NCBI GenBank assembly: GCA_030141605.1 | Contig: JAQGDQ010000002.1 | Span: forward strand, 2,108,001 to 2,172,000 | Direction of reading: 5' to 3' | DNA length: 64,000 bases | DNA from: Tubiluchus corallicola | Taxonomy: Eukaryota; Animalia; Priapulida | Shown here: piece by piece, positions 41,101 to 52,800 of the stretch | Position numbering within the stretch: position 1 is the first letter of the stretch | Layout of the letters: every line of letters starts with the position of its first letter | Notes under the pieces: generated by a model | Database searches by the model: none | Told to the model about the DNA's origin: nothing | What the model saw: only the letters and a program-made list of their open reading frames with translations | Made by a program: the position numbers and the translations under genes

Positions 41101-44100
41101 AGAGCAGTCTGAGCAGGGCGGCCTGAGATTATAAGCCAAATCTCTGAACGTTGATCATGCAGCTTACGTAAGAACAGACATTACCCGGTGCTGCCATCTA
41201 CCATCAAGAAATTGACTATTAAATGCTTACAATTGCCCACTGAATAAAAAAGCAAATATACCGCACAACTTGCACAAGCACTTCCTTAAACATTAATAGT
41301 TAGAAAATATGCAGTACAATTGAAAATTCTTACCTGTTGTTCCTTCAACTTTTTTTCTAAATCCTCTAAACTCCAGCTGGATGTTGCTTCGGGCCAACGT
41401 AGCCGATTGGAGATGTCGTTCAACCATTTCCGCAACATAATAACATCACGTTCCAAATCTAAAACCGTAGGATAATTAAAGTCCCAATTGAAGACGCAAA
41501 TAAACAAACCAAATTTTATTCAATAATAATTTTAGGCGAATAAGTGATTGTGCATGAAAACTCTAATAGGTGTCAATAGGATAAAATGAAACAACAAGAA
41601 AGGATTCCAAAGCTGCTGTGTAAAAAAGACAATGCTGCATGTGCATTGCATAAATCTGGAAAAATGCATCTAAAAAGAATTAAAGTACCTAAGACAGACT
41701 GTACTCAAAATTACTGAAACGTAGTGATTAAAGTTTCCAAAATATAGTGGAATTTGAAACAAATACAGTAGAAAATATGGACATTGTTGTTGTCACCATA
41801 GATGTGTTGTGCAGCTTTGATTTATTTATTGATTAGAGTCTAAAAATAACCAAGAAGTTGCTCAAAGCAGCATTGTAATCTTGCATTGCTTTATACCAAA
41901 CAGTTGTAATATTAACTGAGTGGAGAACAACAATGCGAATCTCTGATTACACTGTTAGAAATGTTTTTTACTGTAGGCCATGAAATGTTGGCGAATGACC
42001 AAGTAAATTTTTATGGGCAGCAAATAGAGGTGTGTGTGTGGGGGGGGGGGGCATTTCATTTTCTTCATAGGCAATAGCATTCACTATGCATTACACAGTT
42101 TTGTACAAGAAACAGTTGGAGTTTGAGTGTATTCGCTTTCAATGAAAATTCTTGTGATATATGTGGTTGATCCAAGGGCAGTACCCACATGTGACAATGT
42201 CACGTGTCAGGATTAAACATTTTGTGTAACAGCATAAGACTACTTGCATTGGATTTAACTCTGCTGCAAGTGTTCTAAAAGCATGCCATTTGTTTTATGC
42301 TACCTAGGAAAGTACAAGTCACATAAGAGAAAATAATATTTAAACATATGCTATTTTTACCTATCTGATTTACGGTTTAAGTCTTAGGGTTAGACGAATG
42401 TCTTCTTCACTGAATATATATTTATGTTGCTATTGTTCTGATAAGCTTTGTGAAACCCAGAGATTTGAGAAATCTAAAAGCACTCATTTTCACTCTTCAC
42501 ACAAAATCGTTTCAAGAGAACAGATATAAAATTTCATTTGACATATCAGAAGCATGAGGCTAAAATGGACGATAAAGGTAGAACGATACGAGTGGCATAA
42601 CAGAGTCAACTTAACATTGCCGAATGAGTTCAAAGAAATTTAAATGCTGACAGGATTAAAAAAGCTTTCAAGTTTGTATTCCTGGATAATGAAGAGTTTT
42701 AGACTCTTCCACCAAACTGCTTGTGATATGAAATTTTATGGTAATTTTAGAGGGACTGATTGTTAAAGTTGGATGACTTTGGGTCAAAATGCAAGCTTGT
42801 AGTGGTATTTTATAACTGAGTTCTAATTTTGAATTATACTTGTTTATTAAATGATTATTTTTAATAACTGCTTTTACATCAACCATGTGTAAGATTCATT
42901 TTACAGGTATGCAATCCCCAAGTGGAAAGATCTCTAAACATTAATAATGTTGAATTAAATGCATTAAGGAAAACTCTTTTGTTTTTTTGGTATACTACAT
43001 GAACCACAGAATGTATTTTATTCATCTTACGCATCAGTATGCATCTTATTCCTGACTTTTGCAGCTGAATGCAGGTTACGGAAGAAGCCAGAGCTAGTGT
43101 TGCATAGATGTGTGGTGCCACCTTGAAATGCTTCTTTGTCATAAAAAAAACAAGAATTCTCGGCACAGTAGCACACTAATCTTGCATTGGGTTTATGTCA
43201 GACAGTTCTCATAACTGAATGGCGATCAACAATGCAGCATTTCCTTGTTTGATAGTATTCTCTCGAATATTGAAGTCTGTAAATATAACTTGCATCTTTT
43301 TACTACAAATTTTTCACCCAGGCAGTTAACTGAACAAAATGAATGCTACTCTGCAGCAGTTAAGTTTAATGCCACCCACATCCCCAGTGAAAATGTTTAT
43401 GTTACATAATTTTAGATTTGTAAAATTCAGCAGTGCTGTGTTGGAGTTGCTTTAAGTTGTTGGGAAAAATTGATAAAATACTGAAACTACAACTGAAAAA
43501 AATGCTTTGTGAAGAAACAAATACATTCCATATATTTTAAAACTCAAAAGCTACGATGCTCAAAGGATTCTTCAAATGTTAATGCAGAAAAGAGTGTTAA
43601 TATGGTTATACAGATCAAAGACCATTCTGGAGTGACTTCTATGACACTGTTGTGTTTAATGGAGAAACTTGAACGTTTATTGTCTATAAAAGTTTATAAA
43701 CGACTAAAAGTTTATTGTCATCAAAGTATTCCTAAGATAAAGTTGAGATCAGTGTTCGTAAACAACTTAATAGATCCAAAAGTAATTATGCCTAATGACG
43801 ACATTTAAGTTCACATACTGATATAGATATTGAAAAACTCGTAACCTAGGTTGGCAAGCCAAGAAGCCACTGAATCATTACTAGGCAAATGAAATAAAAT
43901 GCAATGACATCAGCGTAGGGATGTTACTCTGTTACTTTAGATCTGATCCGACTGAATCTAAAAAAGCTCAATTTAGCTTCACCTGCATAGGCGATGCAGT
44001 AGGGATTCATTACAAAGGGGATTATATACTCTTTTACCTTTAGTTTTTCGACAAAATTGCTTAAACCGCCACCTTTTTGGATAATTTCTAGTCCTACTTG

Positions 44101-47100
44101 AATGTCGCCATATTCAGTTTCAACGCGTATCCAACTCGTTGAATACTATGCAGAAGCATGTACCACATTATGATTTTGACTGCTAGTTTCAGCAAAAATG
44201 CTAAGATTTTTCTATTGTCTTAGCAGAATGCTGCACGCAAAGTCGCTTAACAAGCATGGTTTAATAACTAGCTCACAATATTTTAATTGCAGGATTCTAA
44301 TCTACCATGCTAATTAGACTACAATAAAGGTTGACCAGTCATTTTATTTTTGATTAGTCATAATACCGTCAGTTACTCTCACAGTATAATGACCTATTAG
44401 TCACTGGCTGAGAAAACCTGTTACAAAATAACTACTTCATAAAATTAAATTATTGCAAAATTACTGTTAATCATTCTGCTCATACAGCCAATTGCAATCG
44501 TTCGTCATGAAAATCACGAGCAATCTGCCATCATTTAAAGAAATACCTAAAAAATCGAGATTCGAATTCGATTCATTAAGAAAATTATTTTAAATTAAGA
44601 TTCTGATTTGATCCAGATTTGAAAATTACTATAAAATGAGATTCGGATTTAGTAATTTCAGATTCGTGACATCTCCACATCAGTGCAACAGAAAAAAATG
44701 AATGCCAGTGATAAAAACATTGCTAAAAAATGTGCAAAATTTTATTTGAATAATGTGTGTGAAGGTTGCAGCTACAAGCATGATTATAAATGTATTTCAC
44801 AGTTAATTCAAAATGTGTTCTGGCACTTCTTATATGCCATCTTTTTCATTTATGAGACAGATGAAAACTTATTGCATAAAACTGCGAGTAATAAGCGACA
44901 GGTAAAAAACTTGATGAAAGCAACGAACACAACTAGTGCCAAACAAACCTCTAAATACATTGTCATCACAACGGCTCCCCTTTTTCGGAGTAATAACTCG
45001 TTCAAGTGTATCCCACTTGTGATTAAGTAGATTCAGTCTCCAGTTAATCTCATCTTTCATTGTAGGATATCGACGGCTAAGTCTCTGAGCATGCTCGTTA
45101 AACAAACGCCGCCTGTAGGCACGTTCTTGCATTTGATCAATGTATACCTAGATATAAGGCAAGAATGATATTCCATTAAAATGCGAGTTATACTGCAAAA
45201 GAAACATTCTATCAATTGTTTACATATCAATATATCCTAATAATTATATCTGCAAAAGCTATTTAACTTTTTTAAGTTTTCCATATTAAATTGATACATA
45301 GATACAAGCAGACATGTGAAAAATTATTAAATTATAATTCTCTCGTACAATAGTGATTACAACTTGTGTTCAAACTTAATGGCCTTCTTATAAAGGAAAC
45401 TTTCTTTCCAGAGCTGCTGATACTAAATTAAATAATGAAAATTTTATCCTGTCACTGTAATGTAGCTAATTAGATGATTCACCTAAAGACAGAAAACAAC
45501 TGCACAAAACTTTTAACAAAAACCCAGAAAACATTACTCATATGATTACATAACACAACAAAAACACACCCGTATATCGCCACCCTGATGTATAGCCTCC
45601 TGTATGGTATGAAGCCATTCTATCACGTCATTGTACTGCTCCATGAAATGCGTGAATGACCAAGTCTGATCTCCCCCTTCGTCCTCTTCACAGCTTACTT
45701 CACTGTTAGCTTCCTGTAATAACAATGAACAAGAAACATCATTTTGTAAGTGATACCAAATTGGTTTGTGAAAATAATTTGAATGCAACCAATTACTTTG
45801 TACGAAATACTATGAATGCTATTTTCAAGTAACATAAATAATGTTATATTTACACTGTAGTGACTGTATGACGCTTTAATTATTTCGAAACAAAATATTA
45901 TCCATTTAGCAAATACAAGTAAATTTTAAAATCGGGAAAACTATTAAAATTATTTTACTTGATTTTGTTTAAATAAGAAATAAAAGTCTTAGTAAACAAT
46001 ATAAATTTACTCAAGTAGCTTCGAGTGTTTTCTCGTGATAAAAGAACCGTCGAGAGACAGGCTACGCACTAAAGCAAATATCAAATTAACTTCCTTTCTC
46101 ACTAGATGCCGGCACCTATCAGTATAAATTCTAACCACGTTCCAAAATCACCCCGATGTAAGGAGTTCTCTATTATCTTGTCGTGGCTTGGAAGCTGGAA
46201 GTATGGCTTCAAGTGAAAGCCATAATAATGTAAATTAAGTTACGTGTACTTGGAGGTAGCTGGCTTACTCGATGCATAAACTTCCTGTTTTATGTATTTG
46301 CGATAAACAATTTACAAGTATAATATGTAAAAAGAGACAAGAGAAATCAAAAGCATTAACAGATCAATGAGTTATTAAAACGTAAAATGCCACGTGGCCT
46401 CATAGCCACGGCAATGGGATTTGCAATCCAAATGCCCTTGGTTCAAATCCGAGTTCAGATCCGACTTTTTCACATTCCCTTACTTTCCGTTTTTAAAAAA
46501 TGATAAAAATTTAATGGGCTCAGTCCACATTAAGAACAAGATATCAAATAAGTGCCTTCGTAGTTCGGATATATATACTAGTAAATTAATGGGCTCAGTC
46601 CACATTAAGAACAAGATATCAAATAAGTGACTTCGTAGTTCGGACATATATGTACTAGTAATTACCAATTTTAAGTAAAGGAAACCGAACAAAGAAATCC
46701 ATGGTAAATGTGCAGAAATGACTAGTGTTTTGTTTGCACTAAGCTCGTGTTACAGACACAATGTTTTCAAACTCGGAATTCAGAGGTAAAAATAAACAAA
46801 CAAAGCAGACGTGATTTAAGACGAACTGATCTTATTTTCATGCCCGAGAATCAAGATATACAGAGTATCTGAAATAGATTTATTTGTGTTATAATTTGCA
46901 GGACTACATATTGGGAAGCTGCACTTCTGAAACAGATGTGTTTATTTCAGTCAGATCTTAGTCCACTAACGTTCTTCCGTTACACTAAGTAAACTTTCTA
47001 ATTCACTACCTACGCTTACTACCTACAAACGCTTCACGTCTGTTTAAAAAACACCAAGAAAGCAAAAACAGCAACTTCATGTCCTTTTAAAAATTAGCTA

Positions 47101-49857
47101 GCTAAAAAATAACATTCTGTTTCAGAAATCAATGCAACGCGCTGTTTAATTTTTTTGTGGAACATGACTGGACTAAACTGTATTTATTGTAGAAAATGGC
47201 AAAAGTTACATCTTCAAGTGAATCTATGCTCTGCAAGTCTATAATTATTCCATAAAACAACATTTTCATCAAACAATGGATACATTTCCATGTGCAACTA
47301 GACTGCTCAGAAATTGTAGCAAAACATCAATTTACTGTAATTTAAGCTGACTTAGAAAGAAAATAAATATACAGAAATTAGGCTTTCGGTACTAAAAGAG
47401 CTGTGTATTCAGGTATTATTGACCAAAGTGCACTGTTCACCTATTGAAATCGTTAATCTTGATAGACAGGTTGGGGAAATAAGCACTGGCACAGTGAAAT
47501 TTACGAACGAAAATTTGGCATTTTGTAACAAACACAGCGCTGTACGTTATAGCTAAGCATTAATTAGAAACTTTAAATTTTAATAATTTTGTGTCATCAT
47601 GACCACATTATTCCTTTTTTAATCACAAGCACGCTGTGATTTATTTAGAATCCAGTTTCCTTGTTCTTCAACAAAAAATAAAACATATAAGACCTTGGCC
47701 TATTCATGTGAACTTTGCATCAATGCTGACCCAAACTACACACGTAATTACCCAAAATTGTTTAAGCCATTTACATTATGTTTTTGTAAAACATTTATCT
47801 AGTTAGGGTTCGTTTAAAGAGGCCAAATGTGAAAGGCAATTTCGTGAATTAGAAATCACATTTTGCTACCTTCAATGAATTTATTTCTGTAAACCATTGT
47901 TTTGAACAAGGGTGTAATAATTATTAGCACTCATATTTGATGTACTCGTGAAATGTCATTAAACACTTGTGATTGTCTTGATCTTTTTTTGTGTAGTCTT
48001 CGGAAAAATCTGATGTTGCTTTCCTAATCTGTGGAATAGATCACCGCACTAATACATATATGCTAGGATACGAAAAAGGCAACCAAAATTGCGCCAAACT
48101 AAATGTGATATTGGGATTAGGAAGATACTGCTTCAGCAGCTAAACAGCTGATTTTTGCTGACTACAAAGACACTTCAAAAATGTTGAAAAGTCATGTCAA
48201 GATGTTGCAAAGTATCATTTTAAAAGCAGTTTAGTGCTGGTTTGGACTGTTTGCTTAGTATACAATCTCAAGTTGCCCTAGTTATCATAACCTGAAGATG
48301 TGTTTCTAAACAAATTAGCACAACTAGCTCTTATTTTTGGACTTTTTTCTGTAGTTCTTCAGGTTCCTTTGTACTTATATAAGCAAATTTAGACAAACTG
48401 CACCACAGGCAAGTTTTACATAATTAAATTATACTCGTTGGGTGTCACTACATTTTTTTAAAATTCACCAGTAGATCAATGGCGTTTTGCATTTTCACAA
48501 GACTATTATCACTTTCAAATTAAGAATGTATTTTACATGTGAGTGGATATATATATATATCATTAAGTTTCCACATAACAAGTTTTAGGAAAATTTTCGA
48601 GCATAAAATGTGAACTTTTTTTGCTAAATCAATTAATGCTGTGAACATTAAGTAGTAAACAGCTTAAGGCCGTTTTTGAAAGCAATATTTATCCGCAAAT
48701 TAATTTTAAAAACAAAGAAGCTGTTAAAACGTCACTTGTTATTGCTATCTTGTATTCCATACATAAAATCAAAACGTGAAGTTATTGTCACTAAATCAAC
48801 AAGAAATTTAACAAGTTTTTGCAGTAAGGATCCATATTTGTTGTATATGTTTCGTGTATAAATTTCAACATGGTGGTCCATAAAATTTTTAGATCTCACG
48901 CATTTAAACACTTCACAGCTTCCATGAATAACTGAAGTAGATTTAAAACAAAAACCAAAAAATTCCAGTGAATTATATGGTTTATATAAATATGATTTAT
49001 AAGAACAAAGTAAAGGGTAAAACTGTCAATTTGATAACAGCTATATACTTATATTAAGCAGCAAATGTACTTCTCAAAGGTATCTAACCTTGAAGCACAA
49101 TCAATCATAAAACTCACCTTGCAAGTTTCGATCAAAGCCTCATCCATCAAATAATTATAATCCGACTTTAATGCTTCCCAGAATTCAGAGGGAGCGCAGC
49201 CCCCACGCATCAACTTTTCCAGGTTTTGTGGGGACAGATTCTTGCGTAGAATTGTGTCAAGTTCTTTGGGTGACAAATTTTTATTTGAAACGAGTCTGAC
49301 GAGTTCCTCAGGTGATACAGCAAATTGTTTTTCACCTGTAGACAACCTATTCATCCCACCTACATCAGTGAAATAAAAAAATGTGAGTTTAGAAAATAAA
49401 CAACAAAAGGCTGTACATAGAACACTAGAATTTAATTCCCCCAAACAGCACAAGATGGTTTTACTAATTGTGTATGTAAATAATAAATAACTAACAATTT
49501 AACACTAAATAGCATAATTAATTTTGTATTTATTAGTTGCAAATTCAGAGGAGTTTCAAGGCAAGTAACTATAAAAAAATTACGTTGATCTCACATATTG
49601 ATCTTATCATAAAAATTGCAGCAAACAGATTTTTTTATATTTTTACAAGCCGTCAAACAACAAAAAAGATTTTGGTTAGCGCTATTTCGGCACTATAATA
49701 ATAATAATAATAATAACTTAAAATATCATATAAACATAAAAATCAAGCAAACAAGTGAATGATAGTTAAAATGTTTACCAGATCTGGCAGACGAAGGTCG
49801 CTTATTAACAGCACCCAGAAGACTCTCGTCTAACGAAGAGTTATTAAAACTATCCAT
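13430..49857 (-). CDS. klar: Klarsicht-like (AKAP6/nesprin-related) spectrin-repeat outer-nuclear-membrane KASH protein, 17 coding exons, ~1488 aa (span includes introns)
   Basis: Exons 49779-49857, 49118-49359, 45570-45713, 44949-45147, 41334-41458, 27036-27251, 20262-21957, 19159-19319, 18155-18358, 17805-17960, 16298-16415, 15620-15816, 15350-15504, 14873-15059, 14426-14552, 14012-14279, 13430-13622 join with GT-AG boundaries and matching phases into one 4467-nt ORF. It ends in a TM helix + KASH peptide (CDQVNYYAWSWHPQLRYREGAPPT). Motifs FWEALKSDYNYLMDEALIETC, LERRWHALWLQSLEYQCRLE, FSISESALH and AWDTYQE resemble Klarsicht/AKAP6 as recalled. Confidence 0.85.
14012..14279 (-). CDS. klar: klar-like coding exon 16 (SMLNSLEVRS..DSGVSLGE..DAED)
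   Basis: ttgtag acceptor, AG|GTAATT donor, phase 1/2. Confidence 0.87.
14426..14552 (-). CDS. klar: klar-like coding exon 15 (STDTEICSLRRRYHMLEE..SLT)
   Basis: tttgcag acceptor, G|GTAAGT donor, phase 0/1. Confidence 0.87.
14873..15059 (-). CDS. klar: klar-like coding exon 14 (TSSRLTLLESTLEQWRRF..LSDAL)
   Basis: catttag acceptor, CTA|GTAAGA donor, phase 2/0; required to reconcile the phases of the flanking exons. Confidence 0.85.
15350..15504 (-). CDS. klar: klar-like coding exon 13 (ERQVHLEEL..DLYLMWDGEMQ)
   Basis: tttacag acceptor, AG|GTAAAT donor, phase 0/2. Confidence 0.85.
15620..15816 (-). CDS. klar: klar-like coding exon 12 (LISQWEELE..NMLK)
   Basis: ttttag acceptor, AAG|GTCAGG donor, phase 1/0, open frame. 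Confidence 0.85.
16298..16415 (-). CDS. klar: klar-like coding exon 11 (AELLATCQTNIRCLQVI..)
   Basis: ttggtag acceptor, G|GTACTT donor, phase 0/1; not in the ORF track. Confidence 0.85.
16505..17291. mobile_element. Tigger/pogo-like MITE in klar intron 10
   Basis: TA|CAGTAAACCTCGTTATAC ... GTATAAAGAGAGGTTTTGACTG|TA imperfect TIRs; subterminal cagtcccaaagt shared with the 8.4-kb copy. Confidence 0.7.
17805..17960 (-). CDS. klar: klar-like coding exon 10 (KSTQ..DSDSDVEDLHHVMLESSNQI..DPQKY)
   Basis: ttgcag acceptor, TAT|GTATGT donor, 52 codons. Confidence 0.88.
18155..18358 (-). CDS. klar: klar-like coding exon 9 (EPLYQSS..STPAKW)
   Basis: ctgaag acceptor, TGG|GTTAGT donor, 68 codons, phase 0/0. 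Confidence 0.82.
19159..19319 (-). CDS. klar: klar-like coding exon 8 (..SLSDAAWDTYQ)
   Basis: ttctag acceptor, CAA|GTAAGA donor, phase 1/0. Confidence 0.88.
19529..19730 (+). mobile_element. 5' fragment of a Tigger-like DNA transposon in klar intron 7
   Basis: TA|CAGTCATATCTC start followed by a CpG-rich tract (ctcgtacaaatcggttttcgacc..ggtacgcgacc); matching 3' TIR not found; right end approximate. Confidence 0.45.
20112..20148. repeat. (TA)n microsatellite
   Basis: Direct reading. Confidence 0.95.
20262..21957 (-). CDS. klar: klar-like coding exon 7, large low-complexity Ser/acidic exon (~565 codons)
   Basis: Covers the 543-aa ORF; tttttcag acceptor at 21958-59, G|GTAAGT donor; contains DIGYSSE and FSISESALH motifs. 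Confidence 0.92.
23060..23188 (-). other. Candidate alternative first coding exon B of klar (MDKKPPRTCTVSSRLVLVITHSYKNRTLANKRTAKNRASLFET)
   Basis: agcATGG start, 43 open codons, ACG|GTGAGC phase-0 donor compatible with exon 7. Confidence 0.45.
23368..23475 (-). other. Candidate alternative first coding exon A of klar (MLDLCKKQKVLNQTNNRLVRCLRRISSGDLPSVSSQ)
   Basis: ATG after an in-frame TGA, 36 open codons, CAA|GTAAGC phase-0 donor compatible with exon 7. Confidence 0.45.
25864..25903. repeat. 19-bp perfect tandem duplication
   Basis: ctgacgactgctggtaatt x2. Confidence 0.9.
27036..27251 (-). CDS. klar: klar-like coding exon 6 (LIQREIESRSK..LERRWHALWLQSLEYQCRLEELIKYKK)
   Basis: tttcag acceptor, AAG|GTTAGT donor, phase 0/0, spectrin helices B/C. 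Confidence 0.92.
30370..31163. mobile_element. hAT-like MITE
   Basis: TIRs CATTGGCGCC.. / ..GGCGCCCATG; flanks cgcacacc / cgtacaac (6/8) consistent with an aged 8-bp TSD. Confidence 0.7.
33388..33466. repeat. 41-bp tandem duplication
   Basis: tttttgtagtctaggaa.agcatt..taaagttt at 33392 and 33433. Confidence 0.85.
34444..34452 (-). other. Candidate 9-nt microexon (Arg-Leu-Ser) in klar intron 5
   Basis: CCTTGAC branch, long pyrimidine tract with TGC, tctcag|CGGCTGTCG|gtaagc; phase 0 like the host intron. Confidence 0.6.
41334..41458 (-). CDS. klar: klar-like coding exon 5 (LERDVIMLRKWLNDISNRL..KLKEQQ)
   Basis: ttttag acceptor, CAG|GTAAGA donor, phase 1/0, spectrin helix A (LRKWL). Confidence 0.9.
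43916..44677. mobile_element. hAT-like MITE with GATTCG subterminal repeats
   Basis: TIRs TAGGGATGTTAC / GTGACATCTCCA; flanks catcagcg / catcagtg (7/8 TSD). Confidence 0.75.
44949..45147 (-). CDS. klar: klar-like coding exon 4 (VYIDQMQERAYRRRLFNEHAQRLSRRYP..LNHKWDTLE..)
   Basis: tctag acceptor, G|GTTTGT donor, phase 0/1, spectrin-like LN.KW..L. Confidence 0.9.
45570..45713 (-). CDS. klar: klar-like coding exon 3 (EANSEV..WSFTHFMEQYNDVIEWL..DIR)
   Basis: ttacag acceptor, CGG|GTGTGT donor, phase 0/0, spectrin-repeat start. Confidence 0.88.
46389..46470 (+). mobile_element. tRNA-derived SINE head or tRNA pseudogene
   Basis: Degenerate A box TGGCCTCATAG, anticodon-like hairpin GGA-TTTGCAA-TCC, perfect B box GGTTCAAATCC, then TTTTT; acceptor stem does not pair. 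Confidence 0.5.
46507..46663. repeat. ~75-bp tandem duplication (2 copies)
   Basis: ttaatgggctcagtccacattaagaacaagatatcaaataagtg.. at 46511 and 46586. Confidence 0.9.
49118..49359 (-). CDS. klar: klar-like coding exon 2 (..SEFWEALKSDYNYLMDEALIETCK)
   Basis: tgtag acceptor, AAG|GTGAGT donor, conserved-looking FW..YNYLMD..LIETC motif. Confidence 0.9.
49779..49857 (-). CDS. klar: klar-like coding exon 1 (MDSFNNSSLDESLLGAVNKRPSSARS); exon with UTR extends to 49921
   Basis: Acceptor ttctttatag at 49922-23, in-frame TAA (49864-66) just upstream of the ATG, donor G|GTAAAC phase 1 matching the next exon. Confidence 0.75.
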
Positions 49858-52800
49858 CGTTCTTTAACTCTTTCTCGTATTTGACGTTAACGCTTTTTTG
49901 ACATCTTTTTATTTACTACGTCTATAAAGAAATGAAAAACTTACATTTCGTACAATGTACTTTTCACACAAATCAGTCAATGTGTACGCGAGATTTATAT
50001 GTGGTTATAGTTGTTCACGTCGTTATAAGACATAAACAATCGGTTATACATTAGATCATTCCTAGTGTCATGCAAAAAATGTGAAACAAAAGCAACGAAG
50101 CACAAATAAAAACAATGCAGATAAAAACGCATTTGTTCAACTTAAATTGTAACTAATACAAGGGACATTCTTTATATATTAATGTTCAGAAAGCAGCCAA
50201 TGGCAATCGTAAACGAGAACAATCTTCATTAATACTAGTGAAAAAACAACAAAAAAGTATCAAAGAAAATTACGCGTTCTAGTGGCATTGGCGTTAATTG
50301 CATTTATGACGATAAATAACAAATGGCAAATATAATTATTTATGGAAACATTTTCCAAAAAACCTTCTATTTCAGATCGAGTTACTATTGGCGACAATAA
50401 TAACAGCACTAGTTTTTTATGCATCGTCAACATTTGCTGCAAATGAAAGACCTCAGGACGTAAATATTCACAAAGGCTAGAAAACTAGTGTTATTGTCAA
50501 TTTGTTATATTGTGACATGAATGCAAAAGTTTGAGCGAGGTTCTGCCTCTGCAACACCTCCTTTGACACATGAATATAACCAACTCCTTATTTTTAATTT
50601 TAACGATTAAAAATATAAACAGATTACGAATGTCTGCAACCTAGTGAAATTAATCTCTAACTCTTTGCGACTCACAACCTTTCAACTGTACTCCTAATCA
50701 GCCTTACTAATTACGAGCATCATTAGTTGCATCTAGATTCCATTCCTTGCATATGCAAATGTGTTTAGTCACTGAAAGTGTCACTCACTGCACTATGGCA
50801 ACAATAACGCAACCTGTATAATAGTGCACCAAAGTAATTACTATCGTGGCGAGTCAGTGAATCGTAATTAATGACAGTGGCCTGGCTGATTGGTTAATTG
50901 CACAACAATCTGCGCAGTAAAATGATGGTGGTGTGATGTCAGTGGACACCTAGTGTAGTTTAGATGAAACCCTGCCTAATGAGCTATCGCAGTGGAGCAG
51001 ACGAGTATGAATTGCAGCTTCGGCTATTCCAACTATACTAACAATGAAAAACTAAATGTCACAAACATTATAACTTTGAAACACAGCACAGATGATGTTT
51101 TGGCTGCAAATTTATTTGTATTGTATATTTACAATAATATAACTTCTATTAGAAGCTATGGCCTATGCGGCTATGGCTGAAAGTTGTGCAATGTTGAAAC
51201 AAAACAGTAGTGTGATTGAAGTTTAGATGGCGGAAAACGTGCCGTTTAACAATCGAGAACCTTGTCTATACGCCTGCTCCATTAATTTTCTCTTAGCTAA
51301 GCTGTTTCACTATAACATCGCATTCAACATAATTTCCGAATTTTAGCCGAATTTACTTTAAAGTTATTTTAACACATTCCCAACAACCAACATAACCTCT
51401 TAAACACTTGCACACACTGTACCCTAAATTCCCAAGTAAATTACATGACAGCCCGACAAGAGAAGTGAAGGTTGGCGAGTTTTTTAAAGATGATAAACGG
51501 GTTTATTTGCTAGAACCGAGATTAGATGATAACGTGCATATTACGAACAACATGTAAGCTTATAGAATAAAATTAATTAACAATAATCATGAGAAATGTG
51601 CGTTGATTTGAGAAGTTACACTAAAAACTTTCGTAGATCAAGACATGAATGCGAGTCGTTTATTTCGCATATTAATAACATGCCTCAGCTAATGAATCAC
51701 TTCCTTTTACAGGTCCGTCTTGAAGTAAAAACTATAGGCATGAAACAGACAGACTCACCGTAACTCCACGTACGAATGCGTGTCAATAATGAGCAAAAAT
51801 AGTCGCTTGATACATCCTGAGTTAAAAAATGAACGCAGAAACCTAGTGTACAATACACAATTACTAACCTAAAAACTGTTTATTATAGATCCATAAACTC
51901 AGTGGTCGCTCACGGTATAATTTGTAGACCTGATATATTCACGGTTTTATTGATCATAGTGTTCACGCAAAGAAGCAATGCGCACGTAATACACTGAAAG
52001 TGAAAGGTACCCAAGTTACTCAATTATAAAACCCGGTATAAAAAGGTCAAGCTGAATGACAACTTGACCTTGTAAAATATCTAACTCCACTATACAATAT
52101 TTTACATTCACCGCGATCTGTTACTACTAAATAAACTGCAAGGCAAGAGGCGTTCGCTTATTTGAGCCAGGTAACACTATTTACGGTGGTTATGGTTTAT
52201 GATCAGAGAGCGCACCTGGATGACTCACCTAGCTACTATACAGGTAACACAGAGATCGAACACTCTTGGACGCAGCAGGAAGCATGATGAAGTGAAGATA
52301 TATGACCTGTCGCATTAAACAGCCGAAGAATTTCTTTTGACTTGAGCAGTATTAAAAAGACTTAATCTAGCAGCATAACTGCTCATGGGTTAACTTTTAA
52401 AGCAACTTACATGCAGAGAAGTTACATTGCAAATAAAGTCACTAAGGAGCCAATGCTTATTGTAAGTAGCACAACATTTAAACTGTTTAAAGCCATAAAC
52501 TAACAAGTCAACAACTTTAACACTTGTCAATATCAGCAAGTGACAGTAATATCATAGACTGAGATGAAGACTACATATAGCAAGACAAGCGACAAAAATA
52601 AGAAAATCTTTTTTCTTAATATTTTGATAGCAACTTGCTTGTATTCTTTTCGCTAAACACTAAGTCTTATCAACTAACTGAAAAGCTTTATCGATGAACA
52701 TATTGTACAAAGTTACAACAACAGTAGTTAGCTGAATAACAGGATGGTCACGCGACCGGAGAAAACGATCAGAACGTAGACAAAATAATTACGACAATGA

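Noticed and set aside
42668-43166. Two abutting minus-strand ORFs suggesting a decayed transposase
   Set aside because: No recognisable domain motif or terminal repeats.
46507-46663. Short direct repeats as a possible CRISPR-like array
   Set aside because: Only two adjacent copies without spacers, in a eukaryotic intron.
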